From assembly GCF_963853765.1 (NCBI RefSeq), contig NC_088853.1, forward strand, positions 21,142,001-21,206,000: 64,000 bases of DNA. Direction: 5' to 3'. The notes beneath the pieces were generated by a model. It made no database searches. It saw only the letters and a list, made by a program, of their open reading frames with translations, and was not told the DNA's origin. Below, piece after piece: positions 9,840 to 23,999 of the stretch (position 1 is its first letter; the number at the start of each line of letters is the position of its first letter). The stretch comes from Magallana gigas. Taxonomy: Eukaryota. Both the position numbers and the translations under genes were made by a program.

Positions 9840-12800
9840 TAGAGGTGTTTCTCATGGAAATAAGGGGTCTTTCTATTTCATACTCATCTCATAAGAAAAA
9901 GGAAAGAGAGAAGATTGAAATCTCCCTAGTTAATGAAATAACATCCTTAGAATCTCAAGAAATATTTTCTAAATTTGGAGTCTAGGAATTTTCTGAACAA
10001 AACTATCAAAAAAGTAGAACTTGAAGAAGGGGAAATTATATACAAGCAATCGAATATATTGAATCACGTCAAAGAATTTTATGAAAATCTATATACATGT
10101 GCTGATTCAGATTTAATAAATATTAACCATGGAGAAATTATTAAAGGAGAAATTCCTAAGTTAGAACCAGATATATCTAGCTCGTTAGAAGCTGAAACCT
10201 CTGAAAAAGAAGTTCTTGAGGTTCTAAAAAATATGAAAAATAACAAATCACCAGGAAGTGATGGTTTTACAGTTGAATTCTTTAAATTCTTTTGGAAGGA
10301 TCTAAAACTTTTTATCTTAAATGCAATCAACCTTATTTTTCTGAAAAAGGAACTTCCTATTTCCCAGAGATTGGGAATTATATCATGTTTACCAAAAGGT
10401 GACAAACCAAGACAGTATTTGAAAAACTGGAGACCCATCACTCTTCTGAATGTTCTCTATAAGCTTATATCAGGATGTAATAGTTATCGAATAAAGTCTA
10501 CACTAGACTATATTATATCTGATACACAAAAAGGCTTTCTTAAAGGAAGATATATTGGAGAAAATACTAGAATTATTTATGATTTAATGTCATTCACTGA
10601 AAATGAAAACGTACCAGGTCTTTTAGTTCTTATTGACTTTGAGAAAGCCTACGATTCTGTTTCATGGTCCTTTATATACAAAGCTTTAGAATACTTTGGA
10701 TTTGGAAATAATATTATAAATTGGATAAAGATTCTCAACAAAGATTTTAAGGCTTCTGTTTTACAATGTGGCTTCCTGTCAGAACAGTTCAAAATCCAAA
10801 GAGGATGCAGACATGGTGACCCAGTAGCTCCTTACTTATTTTTGATATGTGCAGAAATTTTAGCTATTCTCATAAAACAAAACTTTGATATTAGAGTTAT
10901 AATTGTTAATGGCAATGAACATAAGATTTCTCAGTATGCAGATGATACTTTGCTTATCTTAGATGGTTCACCAATGTCACGTTTCACAGCTCTTGATACT
11001 TTAGAAATTTTTTTCACACATTTCAGGTTTGAAGATAAACAGCTCTAAAACAAAAATTGTATGGATAGGTTCTTAAACATTTTCTAATGAAGTTTTTCAC
11101 CATTCACGTTGGAAACTCGATTGGGGCTCCACTTCTTTTAATTTACTTGGAATAGAATTTTCTGTTGACTTAGATAAAATGACATCACTAAATTATAACA
11201 AACCACTGCCAAATGTTTTTTCTCTAATTCAACAATGGAGGAGGAGAATTTTAACTCCCATTGGTCGCATCACTGTTGAAAAAAGTTTGATTATTCCAAA
11301 ACTTAACCACCTGTTTATTTCACTTCCAAATCCAATACAAGATGTCATTCTATCTCTAAGTAAGAGCCTGTTCGAATTCATTTGGAATTCAAAGTGTGAT
11401 AAAGTTAAGAGAGAAATTGTTACTCTCGATTACCTAAAGGGTAGTTTAAAAATGGTTAACATTTCTAATTTCATGGCATCTCTTAAATGTTCATGGATTA
11501 AGAAATTAACTCAAGGCTACAAACCATGGATGGACTTTTTTTTTATCAATAAATGGTAATGATTTTGCAAAAAAACTTATTGATTTTGGTGATGATTTTC
11601 TATCATGCATGGTTGTTCAAAGAAACAATATTTTTTGGCAAGATGTTTTTAATTCTTGGCTCTGCTATACTAAGAAAATGATTAAAAGCTCATTAAATAC
11701 CAAGAATGTTTTCAATATTCCTGTGTGGTACAACCCAAATATAAAAATTGCATGTTAATATGTATTTATCAAAGATTGGTATATGAAAGGGGTCAAAATC
11801 ATTGGTGATCTTTTGAATGAAAATGGAAACATATTGTCAAGAATAGATTTTACTGAAAGATTCCATTTTTCATATATACCTCCAATGTTATATAATAGTG
11901 TTATATGTGCAATATCAAAATACTTGACATATTTGTCTATTGATAAGTCTACTTTGAAGAGAGACTTCACTATATTTATGCCATTTTATTATGAGTTTAT
12001 TTTTTTGAAAGAAAAAGTAACAAATCATATATACATATGTTTAACCTTAAATGATTGTGTACCTACAGCTATCAACAAATGGAATGCTGAGCTATGTGAT
12101 ATTTTGCCAAATGATCTCTGTGTACATGATGTGTTTAAAATATGTTTTAGAACTACCAATGATTCAACTATTAATTGGTTACAATATATAATTCTCCATA
12201 GAATTCTTCCTGTTAAATATTATCTTAAGAAAATCAGAATTACTACCTCTGACTGCTGTACTTTCTGTAACGATATGCCTGAACCTATAAAACATGTTTT
12301 TGCAACTTGCAAGAAAATCCAGCCTCAATAGTATGCACTTAGTATACTTATATATGAGAAATGCAACAAAAATGTTAACTTTGATGTTTGTAATGTATTA
12401 TTTGGTGTTTATCCCCTTGTTTGGGAGAACAGAATTCTAAACTTTGTAATCCTATATACAAAACAATATATATTTTTATGTTTAAAACAAAGTAAGACAC
12501 CACATTTTTTAGGGCTTTTACACTATTTAAATCAAAGATACAAGACTGAAAAGTATATTTATATTCAGAAATCAGAAATTGATGAATTTGAAAAAGCATG
12601 GTCTCCTTGGATTGATTTTATTAATCATCTGGCAGTTTAGAATTAACATGTGTACAATAATGCATCAATTTAATATTTTTATGTTTTTTGTTTTTTGGTA
12701 TTCTGTTTTTTTTTTCTTTCTTTGGTTTGTTTGTCTGGGTTTTTTTTCACATGGATTGCAGTTTTACTGCATAGGCATAACTATCACAAGCAACTACCCA

Positions 12801-12920
12801 ACTCTTTATTTTATATTACAATATGGGATGAAAATGTGAGTATGTGAGAAGTGAGAGAGTAAATGTTTCATAAAATGATTTATATATTTAACTTTTGTTT
12901 ACAATAAAAAAAAAAAAAAT
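9840..12920 (+). mobile_element. 5'-truncated, degenerate L1/Tx1-clade LINE (ORF2: RT and C-terminal zinc-binding region)
   Basis: LMEIRGLSISYSSHKKKE, KSPGSDG, NWRPITLLN, LIDFEKAYD, GCRHGDP, SQYADDT, CTFC...HVFATC spread over frameshifted ORFs 9975-12331; AATAAA and poly(A) at ~12903-12918. Confidence 0.92.
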
Positions 12921-13512
12921 GTTGACGAAAAAAACCTAGCGCGCTGGCCGCGCACTACACGTTGCACATAAGTTACATGGTCAATATTAGGTTTATGAAT
13001 CTGACAGTGAAAATTTCGGAAATATTTTTTTTCTCAAAATTTGATGAGATAAATTCAAATTCAACTGAATGGTGCATTTACTTTTTCATTATCATATTTA
13101 TATCTGAATATTTACATTTCCAACTGTCTTCGACTGTGATAACAACACGAATTTGAAGCCTAATAATTTCGTAAAAGATGAACAATACAAAATTGGCGTT
13201 TCTTAAAGCACAACCAAAATAACGGTAATGGCTGAGCTGCGTAGTAATGCACAGCATGTGCTACATAAAAAAAATATTGGTTTTAAAGTATTGTTTTAAA
13301 AAATGAAAAAAATGGAAATAATATAAATATAAGTATAAGGAATCAGAGCAAGGTGGTGGTTACGCTTTGGCGGATTCAATTCAGTGGGAGTTTGTGTTGA
13401 AATATACGCTTGCAATGAAATGATATTAAATTATTACGTAAAGAGTGAATATATTTCCTGGGGACTTACTTGGAGCACACAGAAAAGTTAAGACAGACGT
13501 TAAGTAATAAAG

Positions 13513-14410
13513 ACAAAAGGCCCATTAGTCACATCGCTCACCTGAGGAGGAACAATAGGTATGATAAAATCAGCTTCATGGAGTCATAATACAAACTATC
13601 TAAACAATGTACAATAATGCATGTAGATCCTGTATAAATAAAATCCATTTTCCCCTGGATATTCTTATATTTTTAATCATTAGTCTCTTTTCTAACAGGA
13701 TGATTTTATAGTCATATCACATGTTAAGTATTGCAGTTCTCAAAAAGATCCTTAACAGTTTTTAATATATAGGATATAAACATACATCAAACCCTGAACC
13801 TTCTTGTGAGGCCGAAGAATTGTCCTGAATCTACACTACCTGAGGATACTTCCAGACAAGTTTCAGCTTTCCTGGCTGATTTTAAATATTTACTCTATAT
13901 ATTAAACTGTAAAACTTCGACCCCCCCCCCCTCCATGGTGGTCCCACCCTACCCCTGGGGGTCATTATTTCACAACTTTGAATCTACACTACCTGATGAT
14001 GCTTCCACACAAGTTTCAGCTTTCCTGGTCTTCTGGTTCGTGAAAAGAAGATTTTTGATAATTTCTCGAAAATTTTAATAAATTCCTAATTATCTCCCTT
14101 TGCAAACAGGCGACACAGGATTAATGACCATCTTTAAGTTCTCCTTAAAGAAAGCTTAAAGGCGATCTTTAAGCTATATGTGTTGCTTAAAGAAAGCGTA
14201 AAGATGGCTTAAAGACTATATTTAAGCCACCTTTAAGGACAACTTATAGGTCCTTAATGTCCAAACTTCTTTAAGCCACCTTTAAGCTACCTTTAAGCCA
14301 CCTTTAAGCCATTAATAAAAAAATAATTCCATATTGTGCTTTATTTACCAACCGACAGACAAAATGTGATCAGGATAGCTCACTTAAACTTTCAGCTCAA
14401 GTGAGCTAAT
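13513..14410 (-). mobile_element. Helentron-associated non-autonomous element (HINE/CvA-type)
   Basis: Ends ACAAAAGGCCCATTAGTCACATCGCTCACCTGAG and GCTCACTTAAACTTTCAGCTCAAGTGAGCT are the reverse complement of the ends of the element at 27323-29974. Contains an internal (CTTTAAGCCAC)-like array at ~14130-14312. Confidence 0.7.
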
Positions 14411-15120
14411 TAGGCAATTCGTTTCTTAAATGCGCGTTTCTGGTTTTGATATATAAAACGCCTGTTTAGCACGACCTCTCGTGAGAGTTCTAGAACGGGG
14501 TAACCAAGACCTGGAATTCAAAAAAATAATTAAACGGTATGGCGAGAAGCGTAGGACGAGTTCATCATTTATCGCGGAAAGATACACATACCATGGGTCG
14601 GACTTCTTTGCTTTAATTAATGCAAAAAAATCAATTAATAAAATGGAATAAATTGATGCGATTACAGTTTTGATAGAAATAACTTTTTAAAACGCGGTTT
14701 GACTAATTAGCGTCATACCGGAAGGAGTAGGGCGAGTTAACTAGATACTCTGAATCTGTATATGCAAATACATGCAAATATTCATACACTAGCGGTTTTT
14801 TTAAAATTAATAATAAAAAAATATGGTAACTATTAATTTCAGAGAAAAGCACAAGGTTATGTTTTTCTTTGTTAATGTCAGTTAGAGGCATAATTATCAT
14901 TACATATATTTAGAAATCCTATAGACGCTAGTGCAAGTTATCCCATTTATCAACATAAATTCATCTATTTTGAAATAAAAAATAGTTTACGATAAAATAC
15001 AGCCCAGCCCTCTTATTTAGTTTGAAAGACCTATTTGAAAGCTTTTCTTATTTTGTTGTTAATATTCATTTATTTTCATCGTCAATAATTTCATAGAACA
15101 ATTTTAATATTAAAATACCT

Positions 15121-17278
15121 CTATGACAGCAATAGTCTTTTGAGATTCATGTGCGATGAATCTGGCATCCGGATATCCACTGACTGTGTCCTTCTTTATA
15201 TCATAGGACAGCTTAAAAGTATGTCCAGGTCTGCAAAGAACAGTTTTAATGAATACATGGACTCGCATATTGTAAACTGCTATCAACATTTGTCTGAACA
15301 TAGGTTTTGTTATGCAGTAGCTTGAGATAACAATTTAGTATGGTCTGCTTTAATCCAGATGGTCTTGTTTTGTTCTCGTTACACCGACACAAAGTGTTCT
15401 AAGAGTTTGGCGGTCTAGTGTTTCTAGTTATCTTCCGTCTAGATCTTATGCCTCGTTTTCTTCTAGGTTCACCTTTATGGTTATCATCTTTGTAAACATC
15501 GAAGACAATAGCCTTGCGCAACCGAAGTGCGCTAGGATAATGGCATTGGCATAGTTATCAAAGGTTTGACATTGGTCGGTTGTTTTGAATTGACTATAAT
15601 GATTGGCCGTCAATAACAAGTGAGGGAACTGTCGGTACACTGTTTTGCAATACTTGACTAGCTTCCAAAATAGGCATGGACTGAGATTTCACACCAGTAT
15701 TTAAAAAACATTTTGAGAAAGCAAGGGGGGGGGGGGATTTCTGGTTTCATATTCCAAAAATTCTTGTAAATCACATTGCTCCGACAGGAAATAAAAGTCT
15801 AGATAACAGGCTACAGTCATCTTCTAAATTTGCTAACTATGTCTTTGAAGAATCAGCTTTTTGTTTGGAAACTTTACCATTAGAAAAACTGAATCACTGA
15901 ATTTTTCAAGCATGGCCATTGCACAAGCCCATGAGCAGAACAGTGCAAGTGTAAAAGGTGATGATGGTACGATATTGCTAACTGTCAAAGAATCTAGAGG
16001 GTAAGTAACTGGAAACAGTACACTTGGAACTCTTTTCTTCGGTGTATCTAGAAAAAACTGAACTATTGGGTTTTTAGCAAACAAAATCGTATCTGTAACT
16101 ATAACGACAGAAACTACTATAGTTGTAACAAAGGAAAAAATGTTGTCGGTAACAGAGCTATAGATACAGACTTTGTATCATCTTTAAACCATGAAGAAGA
16201 TGACATTTGTATGTGCCTACATACAAAACATGCAGCCTTGGGTAGTATCAAATAATCGGATACAGATTGTTGATGTTATTGGTGTGGGTGTTTTTGATGA
16301 TTTGAAAGTTGATGCGTTATGAGTGAAAGGGCAGGAATTTGCGATCGATACCAATTCATGATAATGTTTGATCAGTGGGTCCAAGATCAAAAGCACTTTA
16401 ATTCTTTCTTGCATTCACGGATTGTGATACAGAGTCCGTATTTGATGGGACATGTAAAATGACAGCATGGCAGGCTGAAATGTGTTTGAGAGCGTGGCAG
16501 AGGTATTCGGATTCTTAAGTTCTCCTTGTGACTGTGTGACAGAACATATAATCAATTTGTACACATCATGTACGTTCGGTCCAGCACTGCCAATAGAGTA
16601 AATGACACGCGCCTTGACCTCTTTGCTCGTAAGCAGCGTCCGTACAATAGCATCCCTCGATCCCTCAGAAGCTGCTCTTGTAGAGCATATTAAAAGATAT
16701 GTATTGCAAGCTCAACATACATTGGGTCAGTCACTATACAAGTGACAAAACTCACCATCCCCTTCCAGATGGGGTTGGGATAAAGATTACGGTTTTCAGA
16801 TTTCACACTGGACATCCTTACCATCAATGGCGGCTTCATGTTAAGAACTACTGAAATGCTGATGTAATATTAGTTGTTCTGGGGAATGCAAATGTTGCAT
16901 GTCCGAATTATTTTGCACTGCTCTTTGCAGTGCAACTGCTTAGACGATTAGATCATGTACATTCAAAATTGAGCTGCAGTATCTTTTTAAACGGATGCAC
17001 AGAGTGTTCATATGAAATTAACATCAAATTATATCATACAACAAATTCTTCTTCATAATTTCACAGAAAATTAAAACATTACCCAGAAATATTTAAAATA
17101 TCTTGAAAACATCATGAAAAAAGACGCCATTTTGAAATAAGATGCGGCCATCTTAAAAATGACCAGAACTTGAATGGCCAACGATATTTTTTGATCAAGT
17201 AATGTTTAGTGAACCTTCATGCAAAATTTGGTGCTTGTCTCCACAAGTGAAATATTCCATCCACTATCTGCTACACTA
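15121..17278 (+). mobile_element. Degenerate, internally deleted Academ DNA transposon (transposase with XPG/PIN-like and Cys-rich C-terminus)
   Basis: Plus-strand relics: FSSMAIAQAHEQNSASVKGD (~15900-15965), NHEEDD...LHTKHAA...SDTD (~16187-16265), AFTDCDTESVFDGTCKMTAW (~16410-16470), RLDLFARKQRPYNSIP..EAALVEHIKR...WGW...HWTSLP...C.C...C...CKC....LFCTALC (~16610-16940). Right end CCACTATCTGCTACACTA (17261-17278) reads TAG... on the minus strand, as Academ termini do. Confidence 0.75.
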
Positions 17279-18984
17279 ATAGGGTTGAAAGATGCTTTGT
17301 GTTCATATCACAGTTGTAATTAATAATCATTATTATTAAGGTCTTCCGTGTAACGGGAGATATTCTATCATTTGTGCTGAGAAATGTAGAAAAACTATTT
17401 TTTTTAAAAAATCTTTTTTCTTTGACGTTAAGTTTGAGGCTTTGTTTTACTCAAATTTATATGATTGCGCCCATGAGAAAAGGGTCCTTATGGCATTTTT
17501 TTCACAATTCAAGATTTTTATGGATTTATACTTATATATGTCAGAAGATTAAAGTTATGAAGTTTCATGAAGATCCAATTACTATACATATCTTTATTTG
17601 GCATTTAAAATTAAGGATTTTTTTTTTTACCTATGACGTTGTTCACCTTGCGACGTTACGTAATGATTTTATCAACGTCATTTTTATGTAAAGTACTTAG
17701 CCCCATTGTTTTATTTGTTATAATTTATGCTTTTGAAGATATCATTATAAAATTCTTATTACATAACTTATTGATAACTTTTAATAATAATGCATATACA
17801 TGTATATCAATACATAATTATTTTTTTATATAATCCCGGGCGGCTCCGTACACGTGCACATTGAAAATGTAACTGTCACGAAAACTATGAGGTCTTTTAA
17901 CGCACTATCATTTTTTCCTGAAAAAAATCATATCTTAGTCTAGTAAAGAACTGATTTTATAAACTACATGTGCAATTCAAAGAATGTTTTTAAAATTATT
18001 CATTATCAATAACTAAGTACAATGAACATGGCATTTAAATAAATGTTTGGTGCCATTTATGCGCATTGGATTCCTGTGCATGCTTTATGAAAAAAGAAAC
18101 TAAAGAAATAAAATAGAGTATAAATATTTTTTTAAGCCATATCTCATCAATAATTTTGCGCAAATGTTTGTGAGTAAGTACGCTTTAAGGACCTGATGTA
18201 TCAAAATTGAATACAAAAAATGCACTGCTAGCATCGCGTTTGGTAATTTTTTAAACTATTTTATGGACTCAAACTTAAATTCATAGTGTTTATTCTATAG
18301 ACTGACATCTTAGAAAAAAGATTTGGTAAAATATATTATATGTTGACGGATTACTTTTACGCTATAAGCTCTAAACCAAGTAGACCCTGACGAAAAAATC
18401 CGTAAAAATCACATTTTGCTACAGTTTTCTGCCTAGATCTGTCAACAATGTTAGATATCATTTAAACATTAATTAATTGACGATTGATTAAATTCAAAAT
18501 AGCTTCTGTCTCTAAATTTAAACCGGTTTTAGTAAAAGAAAAAGAAAAATTCGGCCGGGGGGGGGGGGGGGGGGCAAAACAAAGAAGATAAAAGCATATC
18601 TGAGATCCTGGTTAATCAAAAACTTCGTTTTTCATTTTACTTTAACAGAATCGAGTTTCTCAACATTAGTCATTTCTATCTCTCATAGAATACATATAAT
18701 GATACACTACCGTTCTAATTGCTTATTTTTGCCATTGTTTACAACAGTGATGTAGAGCAAAATCAATACCGGGTATCAAAAACACTTTGTAAAAGTCGAT
18801 CCAATATTGTAAATTCCATATTATGACGTAGTGCGATACTCGGACTACTTTAAAGTAATCTTTTCGTAGTTAGTTCTATCGTCGATCCAATGATCTTGTC
18901 AGCAAATACAATCTTTCACTGATCGAGCCGCACGCTAACTGATATTGTTTGTACCTATTGCTAGTTTTTAATTAATAACCTAAT

Positions 18985-19180
18985 TGTCTACGGATTCTTC
19001 CGTTTTCCCTATGGCGACAAAGAGCACACGGCTCGTGTGACCGGTCAGCAGAGGATATCCATTCCTCAATGGCATCTGACCCTACCTCCTTTTTAGACAG
19101 GTCCGTGTTTGCTCTGTTCCTGGTTTGTATTTTCCTTTTGGTCTTTTGATTCTGAACACTGTTAGTTATCACCACATGTC
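18985..19180 (+). mobile_element. Probable Penelope-like element 3' terminal fragment
   Basis: ACACGGCTCGTGTGACCGGTCAGCAGAGGAT...CCTCAATGGCATCTGACCCTACCT...GGTCCGTGTTTGC resembles a recurring bivalve PLE 3' repeat; recalled, not aligned. Confidence 0.4.
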
Positions 19181-20059
19181 ATTCAGAAATAATAAGGGTT
19201 GACATCCCACACTATGGGCGCTGTAAAGTGATCAGTATGTCGTTTCTTCACCTCTGTCCACCCAACTTACTCTTCACAAAGAATTTTTTCTGTATTTGGT
19301 TCTTTTCAACTTTCAAATGCTTTAATACTTCACTCAAAGAGTGCATTTTTGTAAAGAGTTTGCAGTGACCTTGAAGTCTTTAACGTAAAAGGATGAAGCT
19401 TTTAGTAGATTCACTTTAATTTGTGTAAATCTTGTATTCAAATATTGCTTAAATATTCATATTAAAGCAGGGTCACTATTTCGATAAAGTAAAGTACGTT
19501 TCAGCAAAAGTCGCAGATTGCTTTTAGTGCATACTTAAATGCATAAGTAGAGAGCAATGGCCATTGAATACAGTACAGGTCAGACCCAAGCAAACACCAG
19601 AGAAGACCCAAACTAAACCAATGGTGTACTTTCGGGGTTTATTTCTGGACTGTTTTTTGTAAATGTGCGAATTCTTGGGGTTAACTTTAGGTTTACTTCA
19701 AGTTTACTCGGGGTTTACTTTTGGGGTTCACTTTACGAACTGAACAGTAAAGCAGACCAGTCTTTTGTCGTAACCATCTTGCTACCTATAATTTCTGTCC
19801 CCTGTTTATTCTTAATACACATGCAGGGTGTATACTATGGTTCTGATAGGGGTTTACTCTCTGTGTCCAATCTAGGCTTACTTTGGATTTTCTCAATAGC
19901 AACTCTGGGTCGGAGTGAACCCGGAGTAAACAGAGTAAACCTAGGGTTTAGTTTGAATCCAAGTTCTGCTAGGTTGAATCTGATCGGTTATGTACAACAG
20001 TATAAACTGTTGTATGGGTCCTATAATCTTTTGTATTCAAGAACATTTACATTCATTCG

Positions 20060-21200
20060 ATATTTTAATAAGAGAAAGTTATCAAATTAAAGTCATTTAC
20101 GCAGGCTAATAACGGAACCACCTTCTCTCAAAAAATTAATAATGAAAACATTATTTTTATCAAACCATTCCTTATAAAAAAAATGTCCTTCCAACTAAGA
20201 TATTTTTGTTAAAGAAATTAGTAGTTCCAATGCTATACCGCTATTTCTTTCTAGCTCTAAAAATAAAATAATCATTATTTTTCTTTTCTTAATATATATT
20301 CTTTCCCCCACATAGAGCAGTTTGCTTAATATCTAAGTCTAAAAGTGAATGAATATTGATGTTTTTGTGATATGATGTTCTTCATCTAAACCAGTTTCAA
20401 TTATATAATGAGTTCGTTGATCAAAATCATCTTTAAACCGCCATCTTTAATTTTTTTTAAACACACAACCTTTTTCAATCGGATATGAATAATTCCCATT
20501 ACAATTGAGTAAAAGTCAAAATCTAAATCTTTGAAAATTAGAGATAAAGGAGCAAAGCAAAGATTTGGTTTAGAGTTGGCAGTAAAAGAGTTTTGAAACC
20601 GTTAAACCACTCAATGCTGTAAGATTTCTATTTTTCCAATGTCTCATTGTTTTATTTTTTTTTTTACATTTTGATATTAAATTCACATCAAGGATATTTT
20701 CCAGATTTATTTATTTATTTAACATTCTCTAACAAAGGATTTAAAAGTTTTCTTGCCCACTCTAGAGCTGAACATATATTATCATCACAATGTGTTTGCA
20801 TCATATCCAAACAATTTGTGCTTTGTTGAGGCAAACACGAAGACCAGATATTGGTACAAAAGGTTTCAAAGTATTACGACTTGATTGTAAAGATTTCTCA
20901 ATTTTTCAACTACCATCCAATGTCAATGAAGTATCATCAGCAAGCAAAGATATTTTTTCACCATCAATAAAATGAATAACCTTGACATAACTTCTTTTTC
21001 GAATTTAATTAGAATTTCAGAACGTATTAAAACAGATATAATGTTAATGGATCACCTTGTAGACATCCACAGCACAAATGAAAAGTGTCTTATATGTTTT
21101 CTCCCTGATTCACATCTAATGTCATGTTTGTTATAAAAATGCCAACCCACTTTCTAATTGATCACCAAAATTGAAACATCTAAGTGATTTTTCAATAAAA
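20060..21200 (-). mobile_element. Degenerate L1/Tx1 LINE RT fragment
   Basis: Minus strand gives SFIEKSLRCFNFGDQ, GCLQGDPL and LLADDTSLTLDGS, with many stops and frameshifts. Confidence 0.75.
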
Positions 21201-21214
21201 GACAAATTCTTAAA

Positions 21215-21780
21215 AGATGTTCTGGTTTTGGTTTCTCGGACACTCTATTGTCCATCGTTTCCATCATTTCTTTTTAACGATGAAGCTTTAAGGTATGTTG
21301 ATGATCTGGGTATTTCCTCGCATGCAATAAGGCACAAAGGAACATAGGGTCGTACCTATGGTGGCATTTTATGTCATAATGTATCTTTCATTAAGACATT
21401 CCAGCCGGATCATATCATTCTTATGGTAGGGGACAATTACGTAAAACTAGTATATGCATCAGAGAAACTTGCATGCAAACTCTTAGCAGTTGTATCAGTT
21501 TTGCATAAAAGGTGTAGTGTTTCACAGATTCATGTATGTAAATTACTTCCAAGATTTCGACAGTCATTTGATTATAATAAACTTGTCGATGCAGCCAACT
21601 CTTTTATCAAAAAAGACATAACCAATTTGGATTATGCGTCCTTTAGGGAGCATAATAGATTGTTTCCTTAACGAGCATAAGACAAATATTGCGACCATAA
21701 ATTCTTAGCAGACGGCGTCAATTTAAACAAGCAAGGCAATGTTCATTTGTATCGCGGCTTGCTTGGTCTCATTCTTTCCA
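21215..21780 (+). pseudogene. SGNH/GDSL hydrolase relic of the type carried by Ngaro/DIRS retrotransposons
   Basis: LGHSIVHRFHHF (GHS at 21238-21246), GRT, PDHIILMVGDN, KLLPR, LADGVNLNKQG (DGVH-like, H>N); stops and frameshifts present. Confidence 0.65.
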
Positions 21781-21912
21781 GGGCATGCTTTGTTAAATTG
21801 GTCGCATTTTGTCATCACCAACACTTCGGAATTTTTCTACAAATTTTAGTATACTTTCACATTTGCAGAGCAATAGATAGGATTAAAAAATGTAAACATT
21901 TAAATCTAATAA

Positions 21913-23453
21913 TAACTAGTGGGTATTGTTTTTTTTTTTTACAAAAAAACACATGTCTCCCCTTCTCCCCATGGATTGTATTATGGGGCAAATTTAACGA
22001 TTGTAAAGAATAATGTCAGCTATATGTTACCCAGACCCATCTTTTTCTTAATTTGACCTTGAGTAAAACATGGTCAAGGTCATATATAAATCAAAAGTAC
22101 ACCTAAGTGTATTATTATTGTTCTTTGTTTAAAGTTTGAACTCCTTTTGTCAAAGTATATTCAGGAGTTGAACAATGAAGTTTTTTCTAATTTGACCTTG
22201 AAATAAAAATTTTAAGGTCAAGGTCAAATTTTTTGGTAAGGTTCAACTAGTTATATACCATCTATCCATGATACAAGTTAAAAGTCTGTATGTTAAAGGA
22301 GTCTTGTGTTATGGTCAGGACAATGTTTTTTATGAAAAGCTTGACCTTGAAAAACAAAATAGGTCAAGGTCAAAACTTTTGGTGGCGTGCACTCATTCTT
22401 AATACCATCTACCTATGTTCTAAGTTTGAAGTCTTAATGTCAAAGGGTATTAAAGTTATGACCCAGACAAAATTTTATTATTTTTTTCTGTTTTCTTAAT
22501 TTGACCTCGAGTAAAACAAGGTCAAGGTCAAATATTATCCAATAGTACAACTAAGTGTATTATTATTGTTCTCTGTTTAAAGTTTGAACTCCTGTTGTCA
22601 AAGTATATTCAGGAGTTGAGCAATGAAGGTTTTTCTAATATGACCTTGAAATAAAAATTCTAGGTCAAGGTCAAAAATTTTGGTAAGGTTCAACTAGGTT
22701 ATATACCGTCTATCTATGATACAAGTTTAAAGTCTGTATGTTAAAGGAGTCTTGTGTTATGGTCCGGACAATATTTTTTAAGAAAAGCTTGACCTTAAAG
22801 AACAAAATAGGTCAAAGTCAAAACTTTTGGTTACGTGCACTCCTTCTCAATACCATCTACCTATGTTCTAAGTATGAATTCTTAATGTCAAAGGGTATTA
22901 AAGTTATGACCCAGACAGAATTTTATAATTTTTTTTCTTAATTTGACCTTGAGTAAAACAAGGTCAAGGTCAATTATTATTCAATAGTACACCTAAGTGT
23001 ATTATTATTGTTCTCTGTTTAAAGTTTGAAGTCCTTCTGTCAAAGTATATTCAGGAGTTGAACAATGAAGGTTTTCCTAATATGACCTTGAAATAAAAAT
23101 TCTAGGTCAAGGTCAAAACTTTTGGTAAGGTACAACTAGGTTATATACCATCTATCTATGATACAAGTTTAAAGTCTGTATGTTAAAGGAGTCTTGTGTT
23201 ATGGTCCAGACAATATTTTTCATAAAAAGCTTGACCTTGAAGAACAAAATAGGTCAAGGTCAAAACTTTTGGTGCCGTGCACTCCTTCTAAATACCATCT
23301 ACCTATATTCCAAGTTTGAAGTCTTAATGTCAAAGGGTATTTAAGTTACGGCTTGGACAAATTTGGATGAAGAAGAAGAAGAAGAAGAAGAAGAAGAAGA
23401 ATAAGAAAGTCGACAAAAACAATATGTCTCCCCTTTGAAAGGGGAGACATAAT
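21913..23453 (-). mobile_element. Helentron-associated non-autonomous element with three ~450-bp internal tandem units
   Basis: Terminal hairpin TATGTCTCCCCTT-TG-AAAGGGGAGACATA (23423-23451), (AAG)n microsatellite next to it, subterminal ATGTCTCCCC (21953-21962) and ACTAGT end. Units start TTAATTTGACCT at ~22028, ~22497 and ~22938. Confidence 0.8.
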
Positions 23454-23559
23454 ACAATTGAAAAAAAAACCCAAAACAAAACAAAACCAAAAACACTCTG
23501 TAAACCACTCATTTTTTTTTCTCTACATGAGGTAATTTTTATGCGTAGCTTCGGATCCT

Positions 23560-23940
23560 GTTGATCATTCAATAGTTTGTTTTTTGAATTGCTCTTCTTT
23601 TTTGAATTTTTTTTTTTGTTTTCACGAAACGAGACCGTATTTTGGTCTTTTAAATGAAGCCGTCTGGGTTCTCTTAACGAGATTGCATTAGTCCTCTTAA
23701 CAAGGATGTTTTTGGTTCTCTTAACGAGGCCGTTTGGGTCCTCTAAATGCGACTGCATTGGTCCTCTTAACGAAGGAGTTTAATTTCTCTTAACGAAGCC
23801 GTTTAGATTCTCTTGACAAGGCCGTTTGGGTTCTTTTAACGAGACCGCTTTGGTCCTCTAAACGAGGCCTTTTTTTGTTCTCTTCACGAGACCGTATTTG
23901 GTCCTCTTAACGAGGCGGTTTTTGTTCTCTTATCGAGACT
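23560..23940. repeat. Degenerate ~25-bp tandem repeat
   Basis: About 13 copies of (GAGG/GAGA)CCGTTTGG(G)TCCTCTTAAC, immediately upstream of the DIRS gag. Confidence 0.75.
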
Positions 23941-23999
23941 GCAACAGTTGTTGCGTTCATTCATACAAAAACATTCTATCTTTTCTTGTAATAGTTACG

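Noticed and set aside
12925-13510. GCGCG-CTGGC-CGCGC hairpin beside the L1 poly(A) as a Helentron 3' end
   Set aside because: Plausible, but a matching subterminal repeat at the other end could not be shown.
19580-20000. Cluster of GGGTTTAC(T) motifs suggesting a telomere-like array or EnSpm-type subterminal repeats
   Set aside because: Not tandem TTAGGG, and no paired termini were found.
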